From Raillietiella orientalis (Eukaryota): 64,000 nucleotides of DNA. Positions 40,946 through 52,831 of the stretch are shown here, one piece after another; position 1 is the stretch's first letter, and each line of letters starts with the position of its first letter. Under the pieces are notes generated by a model. The model did not search any database, had not been told where the DNA came from, and worked only from the letters and a program-made list of their open reading frames with translations. The stretch spans positions 2,604,001-2,668,000 of the forward strand of contig JAYWIR010000032.1 of the NCBI GenBank assembly GCA_036172245.1, in the 5' to 3' direction. The position numbers and the translations under genes are program-made.

Positions 40946-43639
40946 TGTCTTGGGGTATCGAGAAACCATGGATTTGTGGATGGGTTTCCTGATGGCAGCA
41001 AAGGGCCAATGGCAGCTCTGTTCTTTATGTTCATAACATCCAAAATCGCGTGGAGGACCTGTGTCTGGAACCTCCTAATTTCAACTCTTCGAAGAGCTCG
41101 CTGTGTGGCATAGCAAAGTGGTAATAAATAGATTCTGCTAGGAATCCTGGCCTGACCACGGTAGGGAGAAGGGGGAGAAATGGTCACTCTATATGTGGTC
41201 GCTGCATCACGCAAGTTGCGAGTGGCCAACAACAACCATTCCGTAACCAGGAATCCAATCCTTCTCGTTCACCATTCTGACCTCCATTTTGATTCCTTCC
41301 AAGGCAGCTCTTTCGCATGATCTTTTCTCGCCTTTTTTGCAGAGCCTGCTCGTGAATGGAATTGCTGCAGGCAATCCCATTGAGGCTGCACTTACTACCT
41401 TGGGATGCGTTTTTCCTATCGTTCAATGCATATGGAGAGAGCACCTCTGCTGGATGCGTTTGCATGAGAAGAAACAGTGATGTTCCAACAACACCTGTGA
41501 CCTTGATGTGTCTGCCTGGCATCCCAGTGGTCACGCTGAAGATGTGAGGAGATTGCGGAATCGCTCACTGCGAGGCTCACCTTACCCATCGGCCTTTCGC
41601 TGTAGTCATTCGCGCTTTATCCAAGTGGGCAAGAGTGGCCCTTGGGAATGTTCAACCGGCTCAGCCTCAGCGACCCTCGAAGCGCGACCTCAGAGTTTCG
41701 TGGATTTCAAGCGACGATGCCTGGATGCACACTCCAGAGCGTGGCTCTTGGCATCATGGCATCCAGCACGTTTGCCCTTGGATAAAATGAGGGATGACTT
41801 TTTCCTTTCCCGGGCGCTCTTGGTGTGCGTTCGCCCAACTGTTTCGGGTATCCAGAATTGCCAGTCGTCAGGTATCCTTCTGCAATGACGTGTTGTTATG
41901 GGAATAAGGAATTACCTTTTCATTTTCGATCTCAATTTCGCAGGATGGCGTTGATTCTGTGATCCAAGATGCTCGCTCGTTGTTTTACTGACCATGAGGA
42001 AAAGGCAGCAGGCCGTGTGGATCACTAAATCCTTTGTCCTTTGAAAATTCGTGTGAAGAAAGAGGAAAGGAAAACTTTCGAGCAGGAGGCCGAAAGACAC
42101 GCCGGCGCCGCCACTGCACGAAAAATAGTGGCGCGAAAAGCTGTTCCTGATGCGAAGAGTTGGAATTCCACCCGCATCCGATGGTGCAATGTGTTGCCCT
42201 GAGGACGCTTTGGTAAAGTCTTTCCATGGGCCTCTCTCATCCGACAGAGCACCTCAGCATGGGGGCACCGTCCGTGGAACGCTTGTGAGTCGGCGATGCG
42301 CTGGCATTTCTGACGCAATATCCTGCATCCCGCATGCACGTGCGACAGTGTCTTCACTGTTCTGTAATAAGGCATTGCTTGGGTGCTATCCTCGCTGAGA
42401 CGTCGTGGCATTTCTGACTGCGCGGGAGGAACCGGTGCACCAGCAAGATGGAGACCGGCTCACATCGAAACAGAAAGGAGACGGGCGAGCCAATCAAGAA
42501 GCGAAGGTGGCTTTCTCCACCGCGAGATCCCCAGTTTCTGCCGCTCATCCTTGACATGAAGCCTTCGGAGTGAATTCCGTTCTACAGGAGAAGGGTCTTC
42601 CGTTGGCTAGTGGAATTGGTCACACTGAAGACGCGGTCGGTCACCACACACGCCTTAGCAGTCTCCTCTCCTTCCCAATCTCAATGATGGACGGCGTCCT
42701 CCGTGGTGAGACGTCGGAATCCGGGAGCAGACCACCATCGTCATGAATCCATGCGGGGGTCTCGCTAGCTGACGCTGCTGTTCCAGAGGATCGAACTTTT
42801 TTCATGCACCCTCTGTCTTCATCCATTAAAGACGCCGAGGCTTCTTGTGCGGTGGGCGGCGAGATCTCCAATTGCGCTCCCCCATCAGTATCACCATCGA
42901 GCGCGGAGGGCCGCCCACAGCTCGTCCTCGAATATGAGAGCCTTGGACGGACGGGTTGCCCATCCTTCACATTTTCCTGCGTCCACCGTTTGTTGCACGG
43001 CGTCTCCGTTAGGGGTGACCGACTGAGAGGTCCATGCATCTGCATCCGTCCTCCAGGGAACGCGTTTCGTGTTAGAGAGGTGGACCAGGTTCTTCGGCGG
43101 CACGATGATCCCGGTAGAGTCCCGTGAAGCGACCCTGCTTCGGACTAGCAATCTCCTGCCGCCCGAGAAACCTTTATGCGTGGTAGCAGTAGCTTCCGGA
43201 ATGCGCGAAAAGAGGCAACGGGGAAAGCGTCGGAGATTGTTCGGAGCCGCCGCTCTCCCGGAAAGTCGCCGTCCGCGGTCGCCAGTGGGGCACCGGGAGC
43301 GCTACAACCCTTCCGAGTAGGCAGGCCGCAGTCGGGGAGAGCGAACCCGTACGTACTTCCTGCTAGGTGAGCGAAGACCGAACCCACGAGGATTCCAGGA
43401 AAAGTCAGCCCGCGTCGATCGCAGCGTCTGAAGCGGCATCTGTCGAATTTAGGCTTTTGACCCGAACGACGAAAGGACCGCACAGGAGCTCAGAGGACGC
43501 CTTCCAGGAACCTCCTTATGCCCTGAGGCCTAGCAGCACGTCTCCAACCTCCTGGCGGGGTTGACTAGGCCAGAGTGGCTGCTGTTAGTAGCGCCGTCGG
43601 AATTCCCAGCAGAAGAGTAGGAGAGAGCGCAAGAAGAAG

Positions 43640-44050
43640 GCACCCTAGCAAGGAACCATCGATGACGCAACCTTTGTACCAGCATCGAGCAGAGTTGGCG
43701 AGCTGATTTCCACGAAGTGTTCCTGTGGGATTCCGGGGCTCTCACCAAATTGCGGGAGGATCATCACCGCAAGAGCGAGTGCAAGAGTTCCGCATCTTCC
43801 CTTTTGCCAGCTCTCACGACAACAGCCGCGCCAGTATGCAAACAGGGACTGCATGGCCTGAAGAAACTGGGATCCGCGCATTCCCAACTGTTTCCTTGTC
43901 CTCTCACCATGAGATCATCCACGAAACTTCCCGTTCCAATGTGCGCTGGTTGGTTTCTCTTGAGCGCGTTCAGTATTGGAGCAACGAGCCCCACGTTTAG
44001 AGTCACATTGCTGGCGCTCCATCCTATGGAGCCATGGTCGCTCCGTCCGT
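43640..44050 (-). mobile_element. Possible very decayed LINE ORF1 remnant
   Basis: RPCSPCLHTG knuckle-like remnant only. Confidence 0.3.
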
Positions 44051-44154
44051 AGGTTCCCCGTTTCCTATTCGTTGTGAAGGTTCCAGAACTACAGATATCC
44101 GAATGCCACTTCTGCCACTACCGCTGATACATCCATATCCGTAAAAGAGGGTCT

Positions 44155-45100
44155 TCACCCGTTTGCTAGGGGACGTTCATTTGAATAAAAAAAGGGAGCT
44201 ACAGAAAAATAACAGAGTGCTTATTCCCCTGGGCTGGAAAAAAAACAAAACAAAATGAAAGTTCATTAAAGAAGTAGGCGCTGAATCACAGGATAAAGAA
44301 TAAATTCTCTGCAGCATTTTGGGATTACGGATCAACAAATACATAGTTGGCGTGTGGGAATGGGGGCTCTGGGTTTGCTGCCCATCTTCTTCATCCTCCG
44401 TGAAACGCTGCTGAGCTCCCGGCTGGCTTCCCGTTTCAGATGAGACCACTTGCATGCTTTCCTCAGGGTTGAACATTGCGATGCAGCCTCTCTTCGACGC
44501 CCGTGCAACTCCGGCGAGTATCAAGTGGTGAGGATGCCGCAGACCCAACACAAAGTCGCGACGACGGCGGCAGACAAGAGCCCGTCTTGGCTGAAGAGGC
44601 GAAGCAGATCAATGGGCATACATTCCGGGAGGAGAAGAGTCGATGGTGAGCTTTTCCATTCTGGACGGATGACGCCGCAGCTCATCAGCAGGTGAGGGAG
44701 CGATTCGATCTCCCCATCGTTGACACACTCCGCAGACGCACTCCCCCTCGTCACATGGTGCATCCGTTCGTTGCAGGGAAGACACCAACGCAAGAACATC
44801 ACCATGCATCGTTGACTCCGCACAGGGAGGACAGATAGACACAGAGGATGAACCCAGTGTACTTCCAGGAGCACACTTAATGTTTCGGAACACCGACAAA
44901 GTCCCTTCGCCTGCAAACAGGGCGCAGTCGCGTCGAGTCACACTTTCGTGAAGCATCCGTCCAGGTGTTTTTCATCTCCATCGGTGTGCCAGGAGAACTC
45001 ACACCCTGCCAGTAGGCAACTGTTATGCTTTTCTCATAGGGAAGGCGGCGCTGCGGCCAAAGGTGCGGCGAATCCACGAGCCCACTTGGTCGCCTCGTCG
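44155..45100 (-). mobile_element. Decayed family-1 LINE 3' fragment
   Basis: FLRWCLPCNERMHHVTRGSASAECVNDGEIESLPHLLMSC, with a degenerate terminal hairpin near 44157-44180. Confidence 0.8.
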
Positions 45101-45779
45101 AAGATTAACTGCAGGGCACCCTGCCGAACCGCTGAAACGGAACAAGATCTCCAGGGCTGTTGCTAGTGAGCCGAACCCACGTGTCCACAGATGCCTGCCG
45201 CAAGATATTCAAGTTCACAGGGCGGCACAAGATTCACTCACAGGATTCCAGCCTGAAGACGAGCTGCTTCAGTTACCACCCGGTCTCCTCGCTCCTGCCC
45301 ACCTCCATTTCCCTGAGGAAGCAACGTTCTGCTGGGACTGCGACTGGCTGCAGGGCGTCCCGCACAAAAAGGATTAGCACAACGTGACTGAGGTTGCCGC
45401 TGGGGATGCAAAAATTGCGGCAAAGGGTTCTGAAGGGGACAATAGGACAACATAGTCCACTTACGGGTGCGGCAGAAATTCCCTCTCACCGCATCTGCCG
45501 CAGTTCGCGTTCACACCCCACTGTGTCAAGTGATGCCAGCGGACGTCACACGAGAGATCCCAGTGCAGTAGCAGCAGCGCCAACTCCCGTCACTTCAGGG
45601 GTAGGGTGCGGGAGTCTATGAGCACCGGGGGCCACTGGAAATCTTGCCTCGGGAGTCCCAGTAGCTCCTCCTTCCCAGCAAAAAAGTCCTCGGGGAAGGA
45701 CACTTGGGGTGGCAGCGTCTGTTAGCTGAACCGTCGTCCACTCGCCTAGTCCTTTCCTCCTTCTGGAGATTCCGCTGCT

Positions 45780-46560
45780 GACTTCCTATTTGGCCGCGAG
45801 GCTGCTGCCCATATTTTCCCTGAAAGACAACAGCACTACGGCATGGGAAGCTGTCAATTCGAACTATTCAGTACGGTACGCTTCAATTTTCATTTCGGCG
45901 CGCACGTACTTCTGGAACGTTCAGTTGTTGAAAGAACAGCGCAGTAAACGCAGCATTTGGTCCGGGCTGAGATCGGTTGTGCTACGCTTACGTGCACGAG
46001 GTTTTTTAGAAGCAGGTTCTACCGTTCCAGGGGCAGCTGAAAATCCATATGCCGTTCTTGGCCGGCGTGTCCACCTGCCGCAGGTGCTGTCCTCAGTGGA
46101 GGAGGCTGCCTCGCCGGCGCACAAGGAGAGATCTTACGCTGCAGGTGGCTTACTGAACTGGAAGGCGTGCGGGTTGGCACCAAGTGCTACTTCACCATGA
46201 CATACTGTCCGAAACTGGGCGCAGCGCGGTTGTGGAGGTCTCTATGCGGACCTACGAGGTCCAGGATCCTCCTGAAGGACTTGGCGACTCCATATCGAGA
46301 TGTCAGCTTGGGCATCCAGAAGCTGGACTGGATCGGGAGCCAAGTGCATTTCCAAATGCAGGTACTTTGTGCCAAGCTTTGGACGATTCCGTGGTTTCCT
46401 CCTGCGTGCCTGCTGCTGCGGCTTCGCTTCAGCAGCGGAGGTGCTCTCGCGGCTGCTATACTCCATGCACGCCACGAGCTCCAGCTTTTTCGATTCCCGG
46501 AAATGGATGAATGCAAGCGCTGCGTTCCCGGATCCATCTGCTGCTTTCCCAAGCAGTCCC
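45780..46560 (+). mobile_element. Decayed family-1 ORF2 fragment immediately upstream of gene D
   Basis: RSRILLKDLATPYRDVSLGI...QVHFQMQVLCAKLWTIPW resembles RARWKDLCAPRRDGGLGL...QLQFRTIALVAKLWSASW. Confidence 0.75.
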
Positions 46561-46936
46561 GCACAAGCGAGCACGGAGAACGAGAAGACGCTCCCGGAAG
46601 AGAAACCCTCATGCGCAGTAACTCTTATGAGTGATTGCTGCCTACAGAGGTGCAGCGCACACAGGAAGGAGGGAAAAGAAGTCCCCACTTGGTGATCCAT
46701 CATTCCATCACTTTTTTGACTGATACGAACATCTCGAAGAGGAGTGACATTGAAGACTAAGAACTGCCTAAACACCTGCAAAGGTCCAGGAAGATCATCG
46801 CATGGATGATCATCTCTTCTGCATATAAGCACTCAAGAAGTGCGTCGAGGAAACTCACAGGTAGGAAAAGATCAGTCGTTTTCTTCAGACCGGTGCTGCA
46901 TCGATTCGGTATACGAACGCGTCCATTGGCTTCTAA

Positions 46937-49900
46937 ATGTGGACATCCACCGCATTGCTATCCGCTTTGATAGCGGTTTCCTGGTAAGGATGAGGAAAGC
47001 CTGCATAACACCACTCGCACTACCTTAGGGCAGTCAACATCCCACCTGTAACAGAAATCTATCCTCTGCGCAACATCGAGGTGAGTGCAGCCCATCCAGC
47101 TTCCTCACACTCTCGGCATGAAGGGATTCTACTTGCTGGAGGCTTTTCTGGGAACTCCATCCCATCCCATGCCTGTGCAGCTGGATGCTGGAATGTACTC
47201 CAGTATGGTGGTTCTGAGCCACTGCTGCCCCACTCCTTATTGCAGTAAGTGACCCTGGCGCCCTTGACTGTTCTTTAAGTTGGCCTTTCCATTGCAGAGG
47301 ATCGGCCCAGGTTCAGCAACAGAGATTCCGCAACCTTTATGTTTCAGAAAGTGGACAAAACGAAGGTCTTCGGGACAGAACACCTGTCTTTTCTCGGGAA
47401 TGACACAGTCCAGGTGATCGCTCTCTCCCGGTTCAGCGTCGACAGTTGCGGAAGTCGATTTCACGGGAATGGGTAAAGCTGCAAACTTGCCAGCGAAGAC
47501 GTGCATCGATGATGCTCTGCACTTCTATCCCATTGGAAAACCTTGAGCCCTTTCTCCGCACGACGTCGCTTGTTTCCTACTATTCCTTTTTCGGTGCTGA
47601 GGGTACACGAAAACTGGAAGCTGCCAACACGGTGGGAACGCCGGTACTCGGATGCGCATGCGATTTCGAAAGAGACGGGAATTCGGTGAGTGTTTTGATG
47701 GGTGAAAAAGTTCGACTGCCTCCCTCTGCACCGAATGGTTTGGACTTCAAGGGGAGAGCGTGCTCGTGACAGCCGAGTCGAGTCCCCGAAACGGAGATAA
47801 TATGTGGATAGCCATTGTCCTAAGATGAATTTATTTCAGATCATGAGCGCAGAACATAGGAAATCCTCATTGTTTCCATCAGTTGTTCCAATGCGCGTTG
47901 TATCATCTTATGCACCTCGACGCAACAGCCTTATCCCTCATTTGGGTCAATTCGTCAACAGTTTTCCCATTAACAAGCTCTACCTCAAGGAAATCATTCG
48001 ACAAAAAAGAGTTCCCTCTTTAAAAATGACAGTGTCGTTGCATGGGTAAGGACACACCGACCTGCTGAGAATGGTGTCATGACGTCAATTGCAGACAATC
48101 AGGTGGATTGCTCACTCTGTCTTCAGTCCCATCAAACTCGCTAGAATCGCTTGCTTCCTTGAAGCTCATCGAAGCTAAAGGCCAAAAGACCTATTCGTTC
48201 AAAGTACACAGGTGAGATTTTTTCCTACGTGATTTCTTCGATCAAATAGCCCTACTGGGAGGCAGGAGCGCATGACAGCATCCCCTGAGTCTACCACTTA
48301 CTAAACTCATTTCCCCTACCTGATATAGTACTCACTCCTATTTTGTGCACAGTTAATATATATTGGCCCCCTATATCCAAGGAGCTTTCTCCTTAGTAGA
48401 TGAGCAAACGTTTGACCCTTACAGACCACGGATGCTCCATTCTGTGAACAGGAAGCGTTTGCCATAGGAATTGCCAGATGACTTACCACCAGAAGATGCT
48501 CATTAGTCACTCTCCTTCCAGTCTCAGCATAGAAGTAGACAGGAAGGTGACGCATACATCAAAAGGCATCACGGCTCACCTTAAATTGGACACTTTCTTG
48601 GCTGAGGCTCCGGAAAAATTTGTGAGGGATTTGTCCACCGCATTGGACCCCAGATCAAGAAAAAGCCAATCTGGGTTGCAAGAAGTTGGTCTTCAGTGAC
48701 CTTTGACTATTCACTGTGGAAAATTCCATTTCAGATCAACTGCACTCCGAAAAAGAGTCCCCTCGTGCACGTCGCCATCACCCCAAAATACGAAATCTCG
48801 TTGGATTTCGGGAGATACCACATCAGGGTAACGCTTATTCCTTTTTTCCTTTGTGTGGCGGTCTTGTAAAATCGGCCTCTGAATCGCTGCGATCGCTCCC
48901 GGGTGCAGGGGACCTGAGCGAACGGGGGAATCCCCGTGTCCCTGATTCGAGACCTCAAACTCGGAGCCCCGATCTCATGAATGACCGGTCAACTGGTTGG
49001 GTGAATTTGTTTGAGGGAGCGCTGGCGGTGTCATGGAACACGGGAGGAAACTGCGAGCACAACCACAGCTGGATTTCATCCGCTTGAGCTCTTGTCCACC
49101 GTTCCGCTTCTCCCCAGCCTCAGTAGCCCGAATTTTGCGATGCATCTTTCCCACGAAGTATTTTCTGGATTTCACCGAGTGTGAGGCTCTACAGCTCGAG
49201 CTGTTCAGTAGCCCTCAGGCACGTTAGGTGAAGTCACACCTACTTTCCGCAGAGAGCAGCGGTGGAACTGCAGGGACATCTGGTGCTTTCCCGGAAGGGG
49301 CTCCCATTTATTCCCCATGAGATTCAGGGTGTGTTGCAGTGCGGGAGAACGGCGAGCAAAGCGCAGCAATGAGTGCACTCTGGAGTAGGTTGGACAAGAG
49401 CGCGTATATCCAGGAAAACTTTTCGTGTCGATGGGAATCTTGGCAACTGGTCGGGGGGGGTCCCAAGAAGCATCGCGACGCTGGCATATTGGCATGCAAC
49501 TCGTAGGTGTCCGCATCTCCCTTCTAACCTTCGTTCATGCGAAACAGTCTCTCTTCCTGCTTGCTTACACGCATGCGAGTTTGGTGCCTCATTCGACATC
49601 TCGCCGCACCTGCGTGCAAGTGATGCTGTACGCGAGTGCAGACGTTCCCCCGATCCGCGCCTAATCCGCTGTCTCTTTTGAAAACGCGATGCTCCTCTGC
49701 TTGAAGTGGGTAATCGCAATGTTCGCTTTCGTGGGCAACTCGTTCTCTAGTCAGAAGTACTTCATCAGACTTTTTGCTCTTCCAGTTAAAAGATAAATGC
49801 TACCTGAAATTCATCCCTTCTAAAAGGCTTGAGTTGCAACTGTCTACAGTCTTTCTGGAGAGCACTATAGCTCAAGTTGACTTCGCGAGGAACGAAATTA

Positions 49901-49983
49901 AATTTCATAAGCCACAGGTGGCTTCTTCCCCAGATAAAGATCAAACTTTTCTACCTGCGCCGGCACCGGATTACATAGATTGA
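46937..49983 (+). CDS. Secreted pepsin-like pseudo-protease, paralog D, 9 exons, 370 aa
   Basis: Exons 46937-46983, 47029-47080, 47124-47244, 47298-47413, 47840-48045, 48095-48211, 48522-48684, 48735-48827, 49786-49983. Translation: MWTSTALLSALIAVSWA...GFYLLEAFLGTPSHPMPVQLDAGMYSSMVVLSHCCPTPYC...AHLKLDTFLAEAP...KCYLKF...AQVDFARNEIKF. AATAAA near 50030. Confidence 0.88.
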
Positions 49984-52831
49984 TGTCTTTGAGTCGCGAA
50001 AAACGGTGGTTTTAAGAAATTTGAAAGATAATAAAACAGATAGCAGTCCGCTGTCCATTTTCTCACGCATGTAAAATCTCGTGGCAGCTGTGTGCCCTCA
50101 ATGTGTTTCAAGTTTGGCTCTTTGAACAGAACGGTGTGCTGCATAGTAGTGTGCTGATAAATGGGCGCTCCTGGGGATTCAAGCCTGTCTACTGTTTAGA
50201 TAAGACGGAGTCGTCATGCTCCACACCGTTGCTACAGCGCGCATGCTGCGGAAGGCCAGCTGCAACCATTCCGGAACCACGAAGAAGTCTTTCTCGTTCA
50301 CCATCCTGGCTTCCATTTCGATTCGATCCGAGGCAGCTCTATCGAATGACCTTTTCTCGCCTTTTACGCAGAGGCTGCTTGTGCATGTGGTTGCTACAGG
50401 CAACCCCGTTGAGGCTCCACTTACTCCTTTACTTCTTTCTCCTGCCGCTGAATCCATACCGAGGAAACATCTCGCCTTTTCTTTAAGAAAGGGTTGCTTT
50501 CCAGCAGCAGCTGTAAGTATCACGTGCCTGTTTGCAGCCACGGTGGTCACGCTGATGAGGGTTGTTCATCGCAGCGATGACAGCCTGGATGTGTCTTAGT
50601 TATCCTCAGTCGGTTCTTTGCTACAGTCTTTCGCTCTCTCCGTCCAATTGACAAGAGTGGCCCGCTGAAAAAGTCAAACTTGCTGTGGGCTTGGAAGCCT
50701 CAACGACCCTCGAAGAATGGGCTCAGAGTTGTGTGCATTTCATGCAGTGATGCGTGTATGCTCGATTCAGAACGTGTCACCCGGCAGCAGCACATTCGGC
50801 AAGTTTTCCCTCGGGGCATCGTCGTTAAGAAGTGGAAGATGGGTTTGAACATGGCCACATCCGAGGCATGAAAGCGTTGATGTTAAGCTCACGGGATTAA
50901 AATTTCTGACACCCAACTCACCAAGGAAGAGATCCAAACCAAAGCGCGAAGAATGCTGCTCTGCGGCAGGTTGCTTTGCAACAAGTATCCGATGCTCTGA
51001 GAACCTTCTCTTGCCTCAGTATTGTGTACTCTGAGAGGCTGGACGCGCATCCAAATGGCCAATGGAAATATATCCAAGGAGGCATCTCGCGAAAGGTCAA
51101 GAACCTTGTGCATCTTGCATTAAAATCAGCCAATCGGTACTTGAGCGTTGCTGGAAAGAAAGGCAGCTCTTATGAGGCTGTTGGACGGAGATGACACTGC
51201 CATCGTGGACAATTGCTTCAACATCGCTCGGCATCAGCGTGGAAGGACTGGCATTCGGTGTTCGAGAATTATTGTTCCAGGAGAAAAAGAGGGAGACACT
51301 GGAGGTTTCCTTTCTGGCAAACCTAAGGTTAATTCGCCCGGACTGGTGAGGAATGAAAAAAACAAAAACAGTGGGGTGGCCATTTTTCTCTTGCACGGAG
51401 TTTGCTGATAATGAACCCGAAAAACTCTTTGGAGACATGGACTTGGAACGCACACCAGCGAAGAAATTTCCTTCTTCACTGAGGGCAACCCGCGGGACCG
51501 TGCATGAAGAAAAGAACTGAGCAATCATCCCGATCCAGGGAAGGCTATGGGCTGCGTCGGACACCATCCCGGTTTTAGCGACATCATCGCCTTCGGAGAC
51601 CGCTCGGGGTTCCCGGGTTCCCGGCAGAAGAAAATCTTACAAAACACAGCGCCTGCAGAAGGAAGAAGGATGGAAGATGCACACGCTCCGATGTGCCTTG
51701 ATGACCGATCCGTGTCGAACCACTCTAGGATGGAGTCCAAGGAGCATCCTGTTGGCAACGGTCCAGGCTGCCGGGAGATTGGCTCCGTTATCCGGAGGCC
51801 GCAGAGCAGCCACGTGCTTTCCTTCGTGGCCTTGCAATCGCCGATCCGGAAGACTGGGACCACTTGAAGGAACACATCCGGCGGTTTTGCGTCCTGCACA
51901 CCTCGCCTGCTGCTCCGACCCCGCGGGACAGGGTCCCGGGAACAACCCTGCTGTTCTACAGACGCCCGTATGTAAGCAGTCTGGCCGAATGCGAAATGAG
52001 GGCCGAAGGATGGGATCGGGGTAGAATGCCCTCTGGACGCACAGGACAAGGAACTCGGGGCTTCAGCATAGGTTTTTTGTCCGAATTTTCGGAGCATTTT
52101 TTGTTGGGAAAGTGATGAACCCTCGAGTTCTCGTGGTGGGGCTCTCCGTTTGATTACGTCCTGCCCAATGGGGAAACTGTCGAGTTGCCGCGAACAGGCG
52201 ACGATCGCTTCTCAGCGGACTAAAGGCGGACTCATGCAAGGAAAACAAGAAAACAAAAAAAGACAAAAAAGAAAAAAGTAGGAAACCTTTTTTTTTTTGG
52301 TGGGAGGGGGAGGACAAGAAGGGATCCCTGCTCACTGCTGCTAGACGCTTTCTGCATTCCTTGCAGGATGCCGACAAGTTCGTTTCAAGGTGGAGCCATC
52401 TCGAGGCGATCCTTACGGAGATGCCCAACCAGTGGACGAGATCCGTTTCATTCTGACCACCTCTTGCAAAGTTCCAGGTCACCACTGACGCGCGAGGATA
52501 GCAGAGGACTACGAGGGACGCAGGTGGTGGCAGTGCGTCGCGCACGGAGAAATGTTTGAAAATGTCGCTGGGACGCCAATCAGGATTACTAAGGTCCTCG
52601 AAATGCGATCTTCAAGTGGTCGGATGGCAATCTAGCTGAAGGTGCGGAAAGGTCTTCTCACCGCATCGATCACAATAGGCATTCGCACTCCTCCGTGCCC
52701 AATGATGAAGGCGTGCCTTGCGTGGGATCCCACAATGCAACACCAGCCGCGCCGACGGTCAGACGTGTTTTCTGCGCGCTCCTGACTCGCTCGACTTTAT
52801 TGGTGTAGTGCGGTGCATCAGTGGAAGGGGG

